A DNA stretch of 32,000 bases from positions 1-32,000 of the forward strand of contig SVPY01000029.1 of assembly GCA_015065615.1 (NCBI GenBank), in the 5' to 3' direction. Shown piece by piece: positions 17,560 through 27,349 of the stretch; positions within the stretch are counted from its first letter, which is position 1; each line of letters starts with the position of its first letter. A program made the position numbers and the translations under genes. The notes under the pieces were generated by a model. The model was not told the DNA's origin. It saw nothing but the letters and a program-made list of their open reading frames with translations, and did no database searches. This DNA is from Oscillospiraceae bacterium. GTDB lineage: Bacteria; Bacillota; Clostridia; Oscillospirales; Acutalibacteraceae.

Positions 17560-18486
17560 TTACTCACTGAAAAGCTCTGTGGAAAAATATCTTGAGCCTG
17601 TATCGGGAAGAATTACTACAATATTCTTGCCTTCGTTTTCATCCATAGAAGCAAGTTTAACTGCCGCCGAAAGAGCCGCGCCGGATGAAATACCGCAAAG
17701 GAAGCCCTCGCATTTACCTAAAATTCTGCCGTACTCCATAGCGTCGCCGTCGGTTACTGTCAATACCCCGTCAAGAATATCCCGGTTTAAAACCTCGGGA
17801 ATGAAATTCGCGCCGATTCCCTGAATTTTATGGGCGCCCGCTCTGCCTTCTGTCAACAAAGGAGAGGAGGCAGGCTCTACGCCTATTACCTTAATATCGG
17901 GATTTTTGCTCTTTAAATATTCGCCTGTTCCCGTAATCGTGCCTCCTGTACCTATAGCAGCAAGAAAAATATCCACCTTACCTTCGGTATCCTCCCAGAT
18001 TTCGGGACCCGTAGTAAGAAAATGTGCCTTACTGTTGGAGGGGTTTTCGAACTGACCCAAAACGAAGGAGCCCTCGTTTGCTTCTTTTATTTCCTCAGCC
18101 TTTTTTATGGCGCCCGCCATACCCAATTTGCCTTCGGTAAGTACCACGTCGGCTCCGTAAGCCTTCATGGTAATAATTCTTTCCTCGCTCATAGTATCGG
18201 GCATAACGATAACAGCCTTGTAGCCGCGGGATGCCGCTATTAAGCAAAGACCTATACCCGTGTTGCCGCTTGTGGGTTCAATTATCATTGCGCCTTTTTT
18301 TATGAGGCCCTTCTCTTCGGCATCGTCCACCATCTGCTTGGCGGCTCTGTCCTTAATAGAGCCTGCAGGGTTGAAAAATTCCAGCTTTGCAAATATTTTT
18401 GCCTTTAAATTAAATTTTTCTTCAATTTTAGTCAGCTCCATCAAAGGAGTTCTGCCAATAAGTTCTTCTATACTTTTATATATCAT
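17560..18486 (-). CDS. cysK: Cysteine synthase A (O-acetylserine sulfhydrylase)
   Basis: The 308-aa ORF has the PLP-lysine motif NPAGSIKDR, the TSGNTG loop and GTGGTITG, and aligns end to end with the CysK family. Confidence 0.92.
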   Translation of the reverse strand: MIYKSIEELIGRTPLMELTKIEEKFNLKAKIFAKLEFFNPAGSIKDRAAKQMVDDAEEKGLIKKGAMIIEPTSGNTGIGLCLIAASRGYKAVIVMPDTMSEERIITMKAYGADVVLTEGKLGMAGAIKKAEEIKEANEGSFVLGQFENPSNSKAHFLTTGPEIWEDTEGKVDIFLAAIGTGGTITGTGEYLKSKNPDIKVIGVEPASSPLLTEGRAGAHKIQGIGANFIPEVLNRDILDGVLTVTDGDAMEYGRILGKCEGFLCGISSGAALSAAVKLASMDENEGKNIVVILPDTGSRYFSTELFSE

Positions 18487-18509
18487 ATTTTTCCTTCTTT
18501 AAAAAGAAA

Positions 18510-19712
18510 TTATTTGGATAAAAGTCCGTCTATAAGCTGCTTTGCGGCTCTTGCAGAACGTCCGCCGCGCTCCAAAGCATATCTTTCGGCAATAAGCTCC
18601 AGCTCCTTTTCATCCATATCAATACCCTTATCTTTTGCAAGATGGAAAACGATATTGAGGTAAGTTTTCTTATCGGGCTTATTGAAGGTGATATGTATAC
18701 CGAAACGCTCAGAAAGAGAAAGCATTTCCTGCATCGTGTCGTTTCTGTGGATATCGTCACCGTCACGGTCGGAGAAGCTCTCCTTAACCAAATGGCGGCG
18801 GTTGCTTGTGGCGTAAATAACCACGTTTTTAGCCTTTGCGGAAACACTGCCCTCTAAAATCGCCTTTAATGCGCTAAAATTATCGTCGCCCTTCTGGAAG
18901 GAAAGGTCATCAATAAAGATAATGAATTTAAGAGGATTCTCGCTGAGCTCATCGAGAATTCGCGGCATATCCATAAGCTGGTCTTTTCTTATTTCAAGTA
19001 TACGCAAGCCTTCCTCGTAATATTCATTAACAACAGCCTTGATGGTACTGGATTTACCCGTGCCTGCATCACCCGTTAAAAGGATGTTTGCGGCAGGCTT
19101 ATTATTTAAAAGCGCCTTTGTATTTTCAATTATTATATTCTTTTCTCTCTCGTAATCAATTAGCTCACTCAGACGCGTATTATCGGGATATCTTACGGGT
19201 ACGATACTGCCGTTTTGCTCCAAATAGAACATATGGTACTTAGCGTAAATACCGTAGCCGTATTTACCGATATTTTCACATCTGTGCTTATAATCATCAA
19301 GAAGATTTATATTTTTAATTTCAAAAGCGGGAAGAATACTTTCCAGACTCTTTATAGGCTCTAAAAGCTCGGCAGAAGTAAGGGAGGCTGTTTTCTGAAG
19401 TGTCTCAATTTCTCTTACCACGCTTTTTTTAATAACCTCAGAAGGCTCTTTATTTCTGCCTACTGCGTTTATATAACAGTTTTCGTCGTTACTTACAATG
19501 CTTCTTATATATCCGCCAAGGCTTTCGTGGCGGCTGTGGTAGAGCTTTGAAACAAATTCGCTGTAGCACTTAGCTGACTCTTCCTCATTTTCTTCCTTTA
19601 AGCTATCGATATAATTTAAAAGAGAGAAAATAACCTCATCTTTAAGTAAATTTCTGAAAACCGCTAAAGATTTTATTCTGAGTCCCAAAAGCTTTAATTC
19701 GTTTTTTTCCAT
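18510..19712 (-). CDS. DUF815-type P-loop ATPase (AAA-like), function unknown
   Basis: The 400-aa ORF has Walker A LLTGDAGTGKSS and Walker B-like KFIIFIDDLSF. The C-terminal ...ATSNRRHLV...RFGIHITF... pattern matches my recollection of the DUF815 family. The N-terminal ~190 aa are unassigned. The start ATG overlaps the ilvD stop codon. Confidence 0.75.
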   Translation of the reverse strand: MEKNELKLLGLRIKSLAVFRNLLKDEVIFSLLNYIDSLKEENEEESAKCYSEFVSKLYHSRHESLGGYIRSIVSNDENCYINAVGRNKEPSEVIKKSVVREIETLQKTASLTSAELLEPIKSLESILPAFEIKNINLLDDYKHRCENIGKYGYGIYAKYHMFYLEQNGSIVPVRYPDNTRLSELIDYEREKNIIIENTKALLNNKPAANILLTGDAGTGKSSTIKAVVNEYYEEGLRILEIRKDQLMDMPRILDELSENPLKFIIFIDDLSFQKGDDNFSALKAILEGSVSAKAKNVVIYATSNRRHLVKESFSDRDGDDIHRNDTMQEMLSLSERFGIHITFNKPDKKTYLNIVFHLAKDKGIDMDEKELELIAERYALERGGRSARAAKQLIDGLLSK

Positions 19713-21367
19713 CAGTTAAGTATGGCTCCTTTCGCACCGCTGGAAACAAGGGATGCATATCTCTTTAAGTAGCCTCTGAGTTCCTTTTTCTTGGGAACGA
19801 AATTCTTCATTCTCTCTTCAAGAATTTTTTCGTCTACTTTAAGCTCGATTTTATTTTCGGGGATGTTGATGGAGATAATATCGCCCTCCTCAACAACGCC
19901 AATCATACCGCCGCTGGCTGCTTCGGGAGAAATGTGACCGATGCAGGCGCCTCTTGTGGCACCTGAGAATCTGCCGTCGGTGATAAGCGCAACCTGACTG
20001 CCTAAACCCATACCCATAATTGCAGATGTGGGGTTAAGCATCTCTCTCATACCGGGGCCGCCCTTGGGGCCTTCGTAGCGGATAACCACAACGTCACCGG
20101 GAATTATTTTACCTGCATTAATAGCTGCCTGAGCATCCTCTTCACATTCAAAAACCCTTGCAGGACCTTCGTGTACAAGCATCTCGGGAGCAACGGCGCT
20201 TCTTTTTACAACGCTGCCTTCGGGTGCTAAATTACCCTTTAATACTGCTATACCGCCTGTTTCACTGAAGGGGTTTTCAATAGGACGGATAACGCTGTGG
20301 TCTAAGTTAATACAGCCCTCAATATTTTCCTTAACGGTCTTGCCCGTTACCGTAATGCAATCGGTATTTAATAAGTTTTTCTTGTTAAGCTCGTTCATAA
20401 CGGCGTAAACACCGCCTGCCTCGTCAAGCTCTTCCATATAAGTTCTGCCTGCGGGAGCTAAATGGCAGAGGTTGGGAGTTTTCTCGCTTATGGAGTTGGC
20501 AATATCAAGGTCAATTTCAATGCCGCACTCGTGAGCGATTGCGGGAATATGAAGCATACTGTTTGTGGAGCAGCCGAGAGCCATATCAACAGCCAAAGCG
20601 TTATAGAAAGCTTCTTCCGTCATAATATCGCGGGGCTTAATGTCCTTTTCTACAAGCTCCATAATTTTCATACCTGCGTGCTTTGCAAGTTCAATACGGC
20701 TGGAATAAACGGCAGGAATAGTACCGTTGCCCTTTAAAGCCATACCCAAAGCTTCGCTTAAGCAGTTCATGGAGTTAGCTGTATACATACCCGAACAGCT
20801 GCCGCAGGAGGGGCAGGTCTTGCACTCGTATTCGTGAAGCTTTTCTTCGGTAATTTTACCTGCGTTAAACTGACCTACTGCCTCGCTTATGGAGGAGAAG
20901 CTGGTTTTCTGACCGTCCACGTGACCTGCAAGCATAGGACCGCCGCTTACGAAAATAGTGGGAATATTGAGTCTTGCCGCAGCCATTAAAAGACCGGGAA
21001 CGTTTTTATCGCAGTTGGGTACCATAACGAGAGCATCGAAACCGTGTGCCATTGCCATAGCCTCCGTGGAGTCGGCAATCAGATCTCTTGTTACAAGGCT
21101 GTATTTCATACCCTCGTGACCCATGGCAATACCGTCGCAAACCGCTATAGCAGGGAAAACTACGGGGTTGCCGCCTGCCATTGCCACGCCGAGTCTTACT
21201 GCCTCTACGATTTTATCTATATTCATATGACCTGGAACTATCTCGTTATAGGAGCTTACGATACCTATCATAGGCTTGGCTATTTCCTCGTCGGTCATTC
21301 CCAAAGCGTGGTATAAAGCTCTGTGAGGAGCGTTCTGTGTGCCTGATTTCAATTTATCACTTTTCAT
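19712..21367 (-). CDS. ilvD: Dihydroxy-acid dehydratase
   Basis: The 551-aa ORF contains ...[24 protein letters not shown]..., [16 protein letters not shown] (Fe-S cluster Cys ligands) and ...[25 protein letters not shown].... Confidence 0.96.
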   Translation of the reverse strand: MKSDKLKSGTQNAPHRALYHALGMTDEEIAKPMIGIVSSYNEIVPGHMNIDKIVEAVRLGVAMAGGNPVVFPAIAVCDGIAMGHEGMKYSLVTRDLIADSTEAMAMAHGFDALVMVPNCDKNVPGLLMAAARLNIPTIFVSGGPMLAGHVDGQKTSFSSISEAVGQFNAGKITEEKLHEYECKTCPSCGSCSGMYTANSMNCLSEALGMALKGNGTIPAVYSSRIELAKHAGMKIMELVEKDIKPRDIMTEEAFYNALAVDMALGCSTNSMLHIPAIAHECGIEIDLDIANSISEKTPNLCHLAPAGRTYMEELDEAGGVYAVMNELNKKNLLNTDCITVTGKTVKENIEGCINLDHSVIRPIENPFSETGGIAVLKGNLAPEGSVVKRSAVAPEMLVHEGPARVFECEEDAQAAINAGKIIPGDVVVIRYEGPKGGPGMREMLNPTSAIMGMGLGSQVALITDGRFSGATRGACIGHISPEAASGGMIGVVEEGDIISINIPENKIELKVDEKILEERMKNFVPKKKELRGYLKRYASLVSSGAKGAILN

Positions 21368-21396
21368 AATAAATCTCCTTTAAGGTTTCATTTAAT

Positions 21397-21431
21397 GTCA
21401 AAATGGGGAATTTTGTTTTTCAAAATCCCCC
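21397..21431 (-). other. Strong intra-operon hairpin between ilvC and ilvD
   Basis: The minus strand reads GGGGGATTTTG-aaaaa-CAAAATTCCCC (11 bp, one G-U pair) followed by ATTTTGAC. The T-tract is short, so this could be a partial terminator or an mRNA stability element. Confidence 0.4.
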
Positions 21432-21444
21432 AAGCAAATTCATA

Positions 21445-22491
<1,047 letters not shown>

Positions 22492-22549
22492 TTATTTTAT
22501 AATTTCGCCTTAGGCGGAATATTTGATTTAATTTTCCGGTTTAATTTAA

Positions 22550-23056
22550 TTATAAATTCGTAACGTTGCGGATAGTGGATTTACCCTTTTCAAGAGCTAT
22601 TTTACCTGTACGGCAGATCTCGAGAATTTCGTAATCCTGCATAAGGTCAATAAATTCATCTATCTTGCCTGAGTCACCTGTAAGGCGGTAAACTACGGAT
22701 TCCTTCGTATAGTCCACTATTTTTGCGCTGAAAGCATCCGCCGCTGCCTTTATTTCATTTCTTGTTTCGGGGTTATTGCTCATTTTTATAAGCATAAGTT
22801 CACAGCTTACGGTCTCACTTCTGTGAAGCTCTTTAATGGACTTAACGTCGGGAAGCTTATAAAGCTGACCTATTAAAAGCTCCTTACTTCTTTCCTCGCC
22901 GTCAAACACAACCGTAATACGGGAGAAATTGGGTGATTCCGTCTCACTTACCGTTAAAGCGGTAATATTGAACTGACGGCGGCGAAACATACTTGTTACA
23001 CGGTTTAAAACGCCGTACTGGTTATTTACGAGAACAGCCACTGTGTATTTTTTCAT
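22550..23056 (-). CDS. ilvN: Acetolactate synthase small (regulatory) subunit
   Basis: The ACT domain begins MKKYTVAVLVNNQYGVLNRVTSMFRRRQFNI. The track start at 23068 is a TTG overlapping ilvB. The ATG at 23056 lies 1 nt after the ilvB TGA stop and is preferred. Confidence 0.9.
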   Translation of the reverse strand: MKKYTVAVLVNNQYGVLNRVTSMFRRRQFNITALTVSETESPNFSRITVVFDGEERSKELLIGQLYKLPDVKSIKELHRSETVSCELMLIKMSNNPETRNEIKAAADAFSAKIVDYTKESVVYRLTGDSGKIDEFIDLMQDYEILEICRTGKIALEKGKSTIRNVTNL

Positions 23057-23057
23057 T

Positions 23058-24725
23058 TCACTCACCAACCTTTACAATAATATCGCCTACACTGCCTCCG
23101 GGAGGAAGCATGGGAAGAACGAATTCATCTTTATCTATCTTACAGTCAATAAGATAGGGACCATCTTCACCGAAAGCGCGCTGCATAGCGCTATTTAGCT
23201 CATCAAGGTTTTCAACCCTCTCACCCTTGGCGCCGAAGGCTTCTGCCAGACGTACGAAGTCGGTTTTTCTTTCAAGCACCGTATTTGAATAGTGCTTATC
23301 GAAGAAAAGGGTCTGCCACTGCCTTACCATACCTAAAACACCGTTATTCAGAAGGAGAATAGTAACGGGAACTTTATAGGTAACCGCTGTGGCAAGTTCA
23401 TTTAAGCACATACCGAAAGAGCCGTCGCCGGTAATTAATACCGCGTGCTCCTTTGTAGCCATCTGCGCGCCTATTGCGGCACCCAGACCGAATCCCATAG
23501 TACCCAGACCGCCTGAGCTTATGAATCTGCGCTCATTTTTAAAATTAAGATTCTGCGCGCTCCACATCTGGTGCTGACCAACGTCGGTAGCCACGGGAGT
23601 ATTTTCGTTAATATATTTATTTAAAGTTAATATTGCGCTTCTCGGTGTTAAACCTTCGCGGTTATCGAGGAATTTATCTTCATCCTTTTTAAAGCCCTCA
23701 ATCTCCTGCCACCAAGCCTTTTTCTCCGACTTTTTAATAAGAGGAAGAAGATTTTTAAGAGTACATTTCAGATCTCCGCGAAGCGCAACCACGGCTTCAA
23801 CGTTTTTGCTAAGCTCTGCGCCCTCAACGTCGATATGTACTACCTTTGCCTTTTTAGCAAATTTATTTACGTTGCCTGTAGCTCTGTCGCTGAATCTTAC
23901 GCCAAGGGAGATAATTAAATCCGCCTCGTTCATACTCATACTGGAAGCATAGTGACCGTGCATACCCTGCATACCAAGGAATCTGGGGTGCTCTGTGGGC
24001 ACACCTGAAATACCCATTAAAGAACAGCCTAACGGAGCGTCTATAAGCTCAGCAAGCTGAAGCATCTCCTCTTTAGCGCCCGATGAAACAAGTCCGCCGC
24101 CGAAATAGATGTAGGGCTTTTCGGCTTCGTTAATAATCTCGCTTGCTTCTTTTACTCTTATAAGCTTTGCGCTTTCTGGCTCGTAGGGAAGCACCTTTTC
24201 CTCGGGCTCATACTCACACATAGCTATCTGAATATCTTTGGGAATATCAATTAAAATGGGGCCGGGTCTGCCTGAAACAGAAAGACGGAAGGCTTCTCTG
24301 ATAGTATCTGCAATTTCCTCTACACTGCCTACGAAATAGTTGTGCTTGGTAATAGGAAGTGTGATACCCGTGATATCTATCTCCTGGAAGCTGTCGGAGC
24401 CTATCTGATAGCTGGGCACGTTGCCCGTAATTGCAATAACGGGCACGGAATCAAGGTAAGAGGTGGCAATACCCGTTACCAAATTGGTAGCGCCGGGACC
24501 CGAAGTTGCCATCACAACACCAACCCTGCCCGTAGCTCTTGCGTAGCCGTCAGCCGCGTGGGCGGCGCCCTGCTCGTGAGCTGTAAGTACGTGGGTAAGC
24601 TCGTCTCTATATTTATAAAGTGAATCGTAAACGTTTATTATCTGACCGCCGGGGTAACCGAAAACGGTATCAACACCCTGCTCGATAAGCGTTCTTACGA
24701 TTATATCTGCACCTGACAATAACAT
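23058..24725 (-). CDS. ilvB: Acetolactate synthase large (catalytic) subunit, biosynthetic type
   Basis: The 555-aa ThDP enzyme has FGYPGG, the ...GPGATNLVTGIA... motif and the ThDP-binding GDGSF...NN motif (ITGDGSFGMCLNELATAV...LLLNNGVLGMV). Confidence 0.95.
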   Translation of the reverse strand: MLLSGADIIVRTLIEQGVDTVFGYPGGQIINVYDSLYKYRDELTHVLTAHEQGAAHAADGYARATGRVGVVMATSGPGATNLVTGIATSYLDSVPVIAITGNVPSYQIGSDSFQEIDITGITLPITKHNYFVGSVEEIADTIREAFRLSVSGRPGPILIDIPKDIQIAMCEYEPEEKVLPYEPESAKLIRVKEASEIINEAEKPYIYFGGGLVSSGAKEEMLQLAELIDAPLGCSLMGISGVPTEHPRFLGMQGMHGHYASSMSMNEADLIISLGVRFSDRATGNVNKFAKKAKVVHIDVEGAELSKNVEAVVALRGDLKCTLKNLLPLIKKSEKKAWWQEIEGFKKDEDKFLDNREGLTPRSAILTLNKYINENTPVATDVGQHQMWSAQNLNFKNERRFISSGGLGTMGFGLGAAIGAQMATKEHAVLITGDGSFGMCLNELATAVTYKVPVTILLLNNGVLGMVRQWQTLFFDKHYSNTVLERKTDFVRLAEAFGAKGERVENLDELNSAMQRAFGEDGPYLIDCKIDKDEFVLPMLPPGGSVGDIIVKVGE

Positions 24726-24817
24726 TTTATCAAAATCCTTTTAGTAATTTCCTTTTAAAATCAGCTGAAACTGATGGAATGCAAAATTTCGCAGTATAAT
24801 AAATAATATTAAGTTAT

Positions 24818-24846
24818 ATTATACCACAGTATTCAGCTAAAAGAAA
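24818..24846 (-). promoter_or_regulatory. Weak candidate internal promoter upstream of ilvB
   Basis: The minus strand has TGgTATAAT (-10 at 24823-24818) but a poor -35 (TTTCTT at 24846-24841). It lies in the 149-nt leuA-ilvB spacer. Confidence 0.25.
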
Positions 24847-24874
24847 GAGGAAAATGGATTTTATACATTTATTT

Positions 24875-26563
24875 TCATATTTTATATGTATTCATCGCCC
24901 TGTACATATTATTGAAAGCGCTTAAAAGCGCGTGGGCGGAAGCATTGATAATATCGGTATCGGTTCCTGCTCCCCAATATATTTTTTTATCGTTGCCTTC
25001 AAGACCTATGTATGCGGCAGCCACACTCTGTGAGCCTGAGCCGTGCATACTGTGCTCGGTGTATACCTTAAGGCGGTAATCAGTATTCGTAAGCTCTTTA
25101 AGCGCATTACTTATAAGGTCCAAGGAGCCGTTGCCGCTTGCGTGAATACTTACGTGCTGATTTCCCTTTTTAAATACCACGTCGCCGCTTACGCCGTTTT
25201 TACGCTGGCGGAAGTTAATATCTTCCAATGCAACGGGTTTATCGCAGTTGAAATAATTTTCCTTGAATATATCGTAAACGTCGCTTGCTTTTAATTCTTT
25301 ATGCTGATTATCGGAAATCCCCTTACACAGATAGCTCAAATGCTCACGCATTTCACCGGGAAGTACATATCCGTAATTCTGCTCCAACAGATAGGCGATA
25401 CCGCCCTTGCCGCTCTGGGAATTTACCCTTATTACGTCCGCATCGTAGGTACGGCTTATATCCCTTGGGTCAATGGGAATATACGGCACGTTCCATCTAT
25501 CCACGGAATGTTCCTCGCGCCATTTCATGGATTTTGCAATAGCATCCTGATGGCTGCCCGAAAAAGCGGCAAAAACCAGCGCTCCTGCGTAAGGTGTACG
25601 CTCGTGTACGTGCATACGAGTGCAATTTTCATATATTTTTGCAATTTCGGGAATATTGGATAAATCAAGCTTCGGGTCCACGCCGTGAGAATACATATTC
25701 ATGGCCAAAGTGATAATATCCACGTTGCCCGTTCTTTCACCGTTTCCGAAAAGAGTGCCCTCCACCCTTTGGGCGCCTGCAAGAAGCGCAAGCTCCGTAT
25801 CGGCTACGCCCGTGCCTCTGTCGTTATGGGGATGAAGCGACAAAGTGACATAGCGGCGGTATTTTAAATTCTCGCTTATAAATTCCACCTGACTTGCATA
25901 AACGTGAGGAAGGCTCATCTCCACCGTTACGGGGAGGTTGATTATCACGTTATTGTTTTCAGAAGGCTCTAAAACGTCTAAAACTGCGTTGCATACCTCC
26001 AAAGAAAACTCGGGTTCAGTACCCGTGAAGCTTTCGGGGGAATATTCAAAGCGAAGTTCACCCTCAAAATCTTTTGCAAGCTCTTTTACAAGCTTTGCAC
26101 CTTCAATTGCTATTTCCTTAATTTCTTCCTTGCTTTTTTTAAATACCTGCTCACGCTGGGCAACGCTTACGGAATTATAAAAATGAATAATAGCCTTGGG
26201 CGCTCCCTTTAAAGCATCAAAGGTTTTTCTTATTATATGTTCACGGCAGGGTGTTATAACCTGTACGGTTACGTCATCGGGAATTAATTTATCGTCAATT
26301 AATTTTCTTAAAAATTCATATTCTGTTTCGCTGGCAGCAGGAAACCCCACTTCAATCTCCTTAAAGCCTATTTTTAAAAGCATATTATAAAACTTGAGCT
26401 TTTCTTCAAGGCTCATAGGTATAACGAGGCTCTGGTTGCCGTCTCTCATATCCACACTGCACCAGACGGGTGCCTCTTTAACTCTGTCCTTCTTCACCCA
26501 TTTTGTGTATTTTTCCGATACAGGGTAGTAGCCTGCCTGATATTTATTAGGATTCATATTCAT
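24875..26563 (-). CDS. leuA: 2-isopropylmalate synthase (long, LeuA type 2 form)
   Basis: The 562-aa ORF has VWCSVDMRDGNQ near the N-terminus, LSLHPHNDRGTGVA (HxH metal site) and a C-terminal regulatory domain. An AGGAGG RBS lies 10 nt upstream. Confidence 0.93.
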   Translation of the reverse strand: MNMNPNKYQAGYYPVSEKYTKWVKKDRVKEAPVWCSVDMRDGNQSLVIPMSLEEKLKFYNMLLKIGFKEIEVGFPAASETEYEFLRKLIDDKLIPDDVTVQVITPCREHIIRKTFDALKGAPKAIIHFYNSVSVAQREQVFKKSKEEIKEIAIEGAKLVKELAKDFEGELRFEYSPESFTGTEPEFSLEVCNAVLDVLEPSENNNVIINLPVTVEMSLPHVYASQVEFISENLKYRRYVTLSLHPHNDRGTGVADTELALLAGAQRVEGTLFGNGERTGNVDIITLAMNMYSHGVDPKLDLSNIPEIAKIYENCTRMHVHERTPYAGALVFAAFSGSHQDAIAKSMKWREEHSVDRWNVPYIPIDPRDISRTYDADVIRVNSQSGKGGIAYLLEQNYGYVLPGEMREHLSYLCKGISDNQHKELKASDVYDIFKENYFNCDKPVALEDINFRQRKNGVSGDVVFKKGNQHVSIHASGNGSLDLISNALKELTNTDYRLKVYTEHSMHGSGSQSVAAAYIGLEGNDKKIYWGAGTDTDIINASAHALLSAFNNMYRAMNTYKI

Positions 26564-26580
26564 TTTTTGTCGGCCTCCTT

Positions 26581-26961
26581 TTAAATTTCAGCTATAATTT
26601 CGATTTCAACAAGTACGTCTTTGGGAAGTGCTTTAACTGCAACGCAGGAACGTGCGGGCTTGGATACGAAATACTTAGCGTAAACAGAATTGAAATCTGC
26701 AAAATCGCCCATATTCTTTAAGAAGCAGGTAGTTTTTATAACCTTTTCGTAGCTTGTGCCTGCCGCCTGTAAAACTGCCGCAATATTCTTGCAGACCTGC
26801 TCTGTCTGGGCAATTATACCCTGAGCATCGATATTGCCGTTTTCGGGATTGATAGGAATCTGGCCGGAAGCAAAAAGCATATTGCCTATTGCTATCGCCT
26901 GGCTGTAGGGACCTATTGCTGCTGGGGCCTTATCAGTAAAAATTACTTTTCTCTCACTCAT
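26581..26961 (-). CDS. ridA: RidA family reactive enamine/imine deaminase (YjgF/TdcF-like)
   Basis: The sequence MSERKVIFTDKAPAAIGPYSQAIAIGNMLFASGQIP...ARSCVAVKALPKDVLVEIEIIA is a full-length RidA match. The ATG at 26961 has an AAAGGTGA RBS. The track's 22-codon N-terminal extension runs into the T-box leader and is rejected. Confidence 0.9.
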   Translation of the reverse strand: MSERKVIFTDKAPAAIGPYSQAIAIGNMLFASGQIPINPENGNIDAQGIIAQTEQVCKNIAAVLQAAGTSYEKVIKTTCFLKNMGDFADFNSVYAKYFVSKPARSCVAVKALPKDVLVEIEIIAEI

Positions 26962-27024
26962 TATTCTTATCACCTTTCGTTTTAAATTTACAACTGAGAT
27001 ATAAGGCCGACAAAAATGAAAAAC

Positions 27025-27312
27025 CAAAATAAAATAAAATGCCCTGCCTCATTAAAGAGACAGGACAATTAAAAACTAATTATCTTGCGGTACCACTCTT
27101 TTTGCCGCTTTCGCGACCTCTCACTGTAATCATATCATATATGAATTAATTACTCCCTGCTGTAACGGTCAGGCTCCGTCCGCTTTACTTATAATATAAA
27201 CGTTCAAGCAAGCCGCTCCGAGGCGAGTGGATAAATCCCCTTCCACCGACTTGCACCAACCGTCGGCTCTCTTAAGCAGGCAAATAAACCCTTGTTCCTC
27301 ATCACTGCGTTT
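27025..27312 (-). promoter_or_regulatory. T-box leader (tRNA-sensing riboswitch) with terminator, upstream of ridA-leuA-ilv
   Basis: The minus strand has AG-bulge-like AGAGAG, a CCGAC-GGTTGGTGCAA-GTCGG distal hairpin and the T-box sequence AAAGAGTGGTACCGCAAG (plus-strand 27086-27099 region). The terminator is GTCCTGTCTC-tttaat-GAGGCAGGGC followed by ATTTTATTTTATTTT (27019-27066). A CUC (Leu) triplet lies in the 3' half of stem I, but I could not fold the specifier loop confidently by eye. Confidence 0.8.
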
Positions 27313-27318
27313 GATGTA

Positions 27319-27347
27319 ATTTTATCAATTAATAATAGTTTTGTCAA
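27319..27347 (-). promoter_or_regulatory. Sigma-A-type promoter for the T-box-led operon
   Basis: The minus strand reads TTGACA (27347-27342), a 17-nt spacer, then TAAAAT (27324-27319). Confidence 0.55.
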
Positions 27348-27349
27348 TC

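Noticed and set aside
17477-17824. 115-aa plus-strand ORF
   Set aside because: It overlaps the yybP-ykoY riboswitch and promoter and is antisense to the 3' end of cysK, with no RBS, so it is spurious.
24726-24874. Possible attenuator in the leuA-ilvB spacer (ATCAG-ctgaaa-CTGAT and a GCAAAATTTCGC near-palindrome)
   Set aside because: The stems are 5 bp or less or imperfect and AT-rich, with no leader peptide and no T-box or riboswitch motifs. Only a weak promoter-like TGnTATAAT is retained, at low confidence.
26962-27027. 22-codon N-terminal extension of ridA in the track (MVFHFCRPYISVVNLKRKVIRI...)
   Set aside because: RidA homologs start at about MSERK. The extension has no RBS and lies between the T-box terminator and the true RBS.
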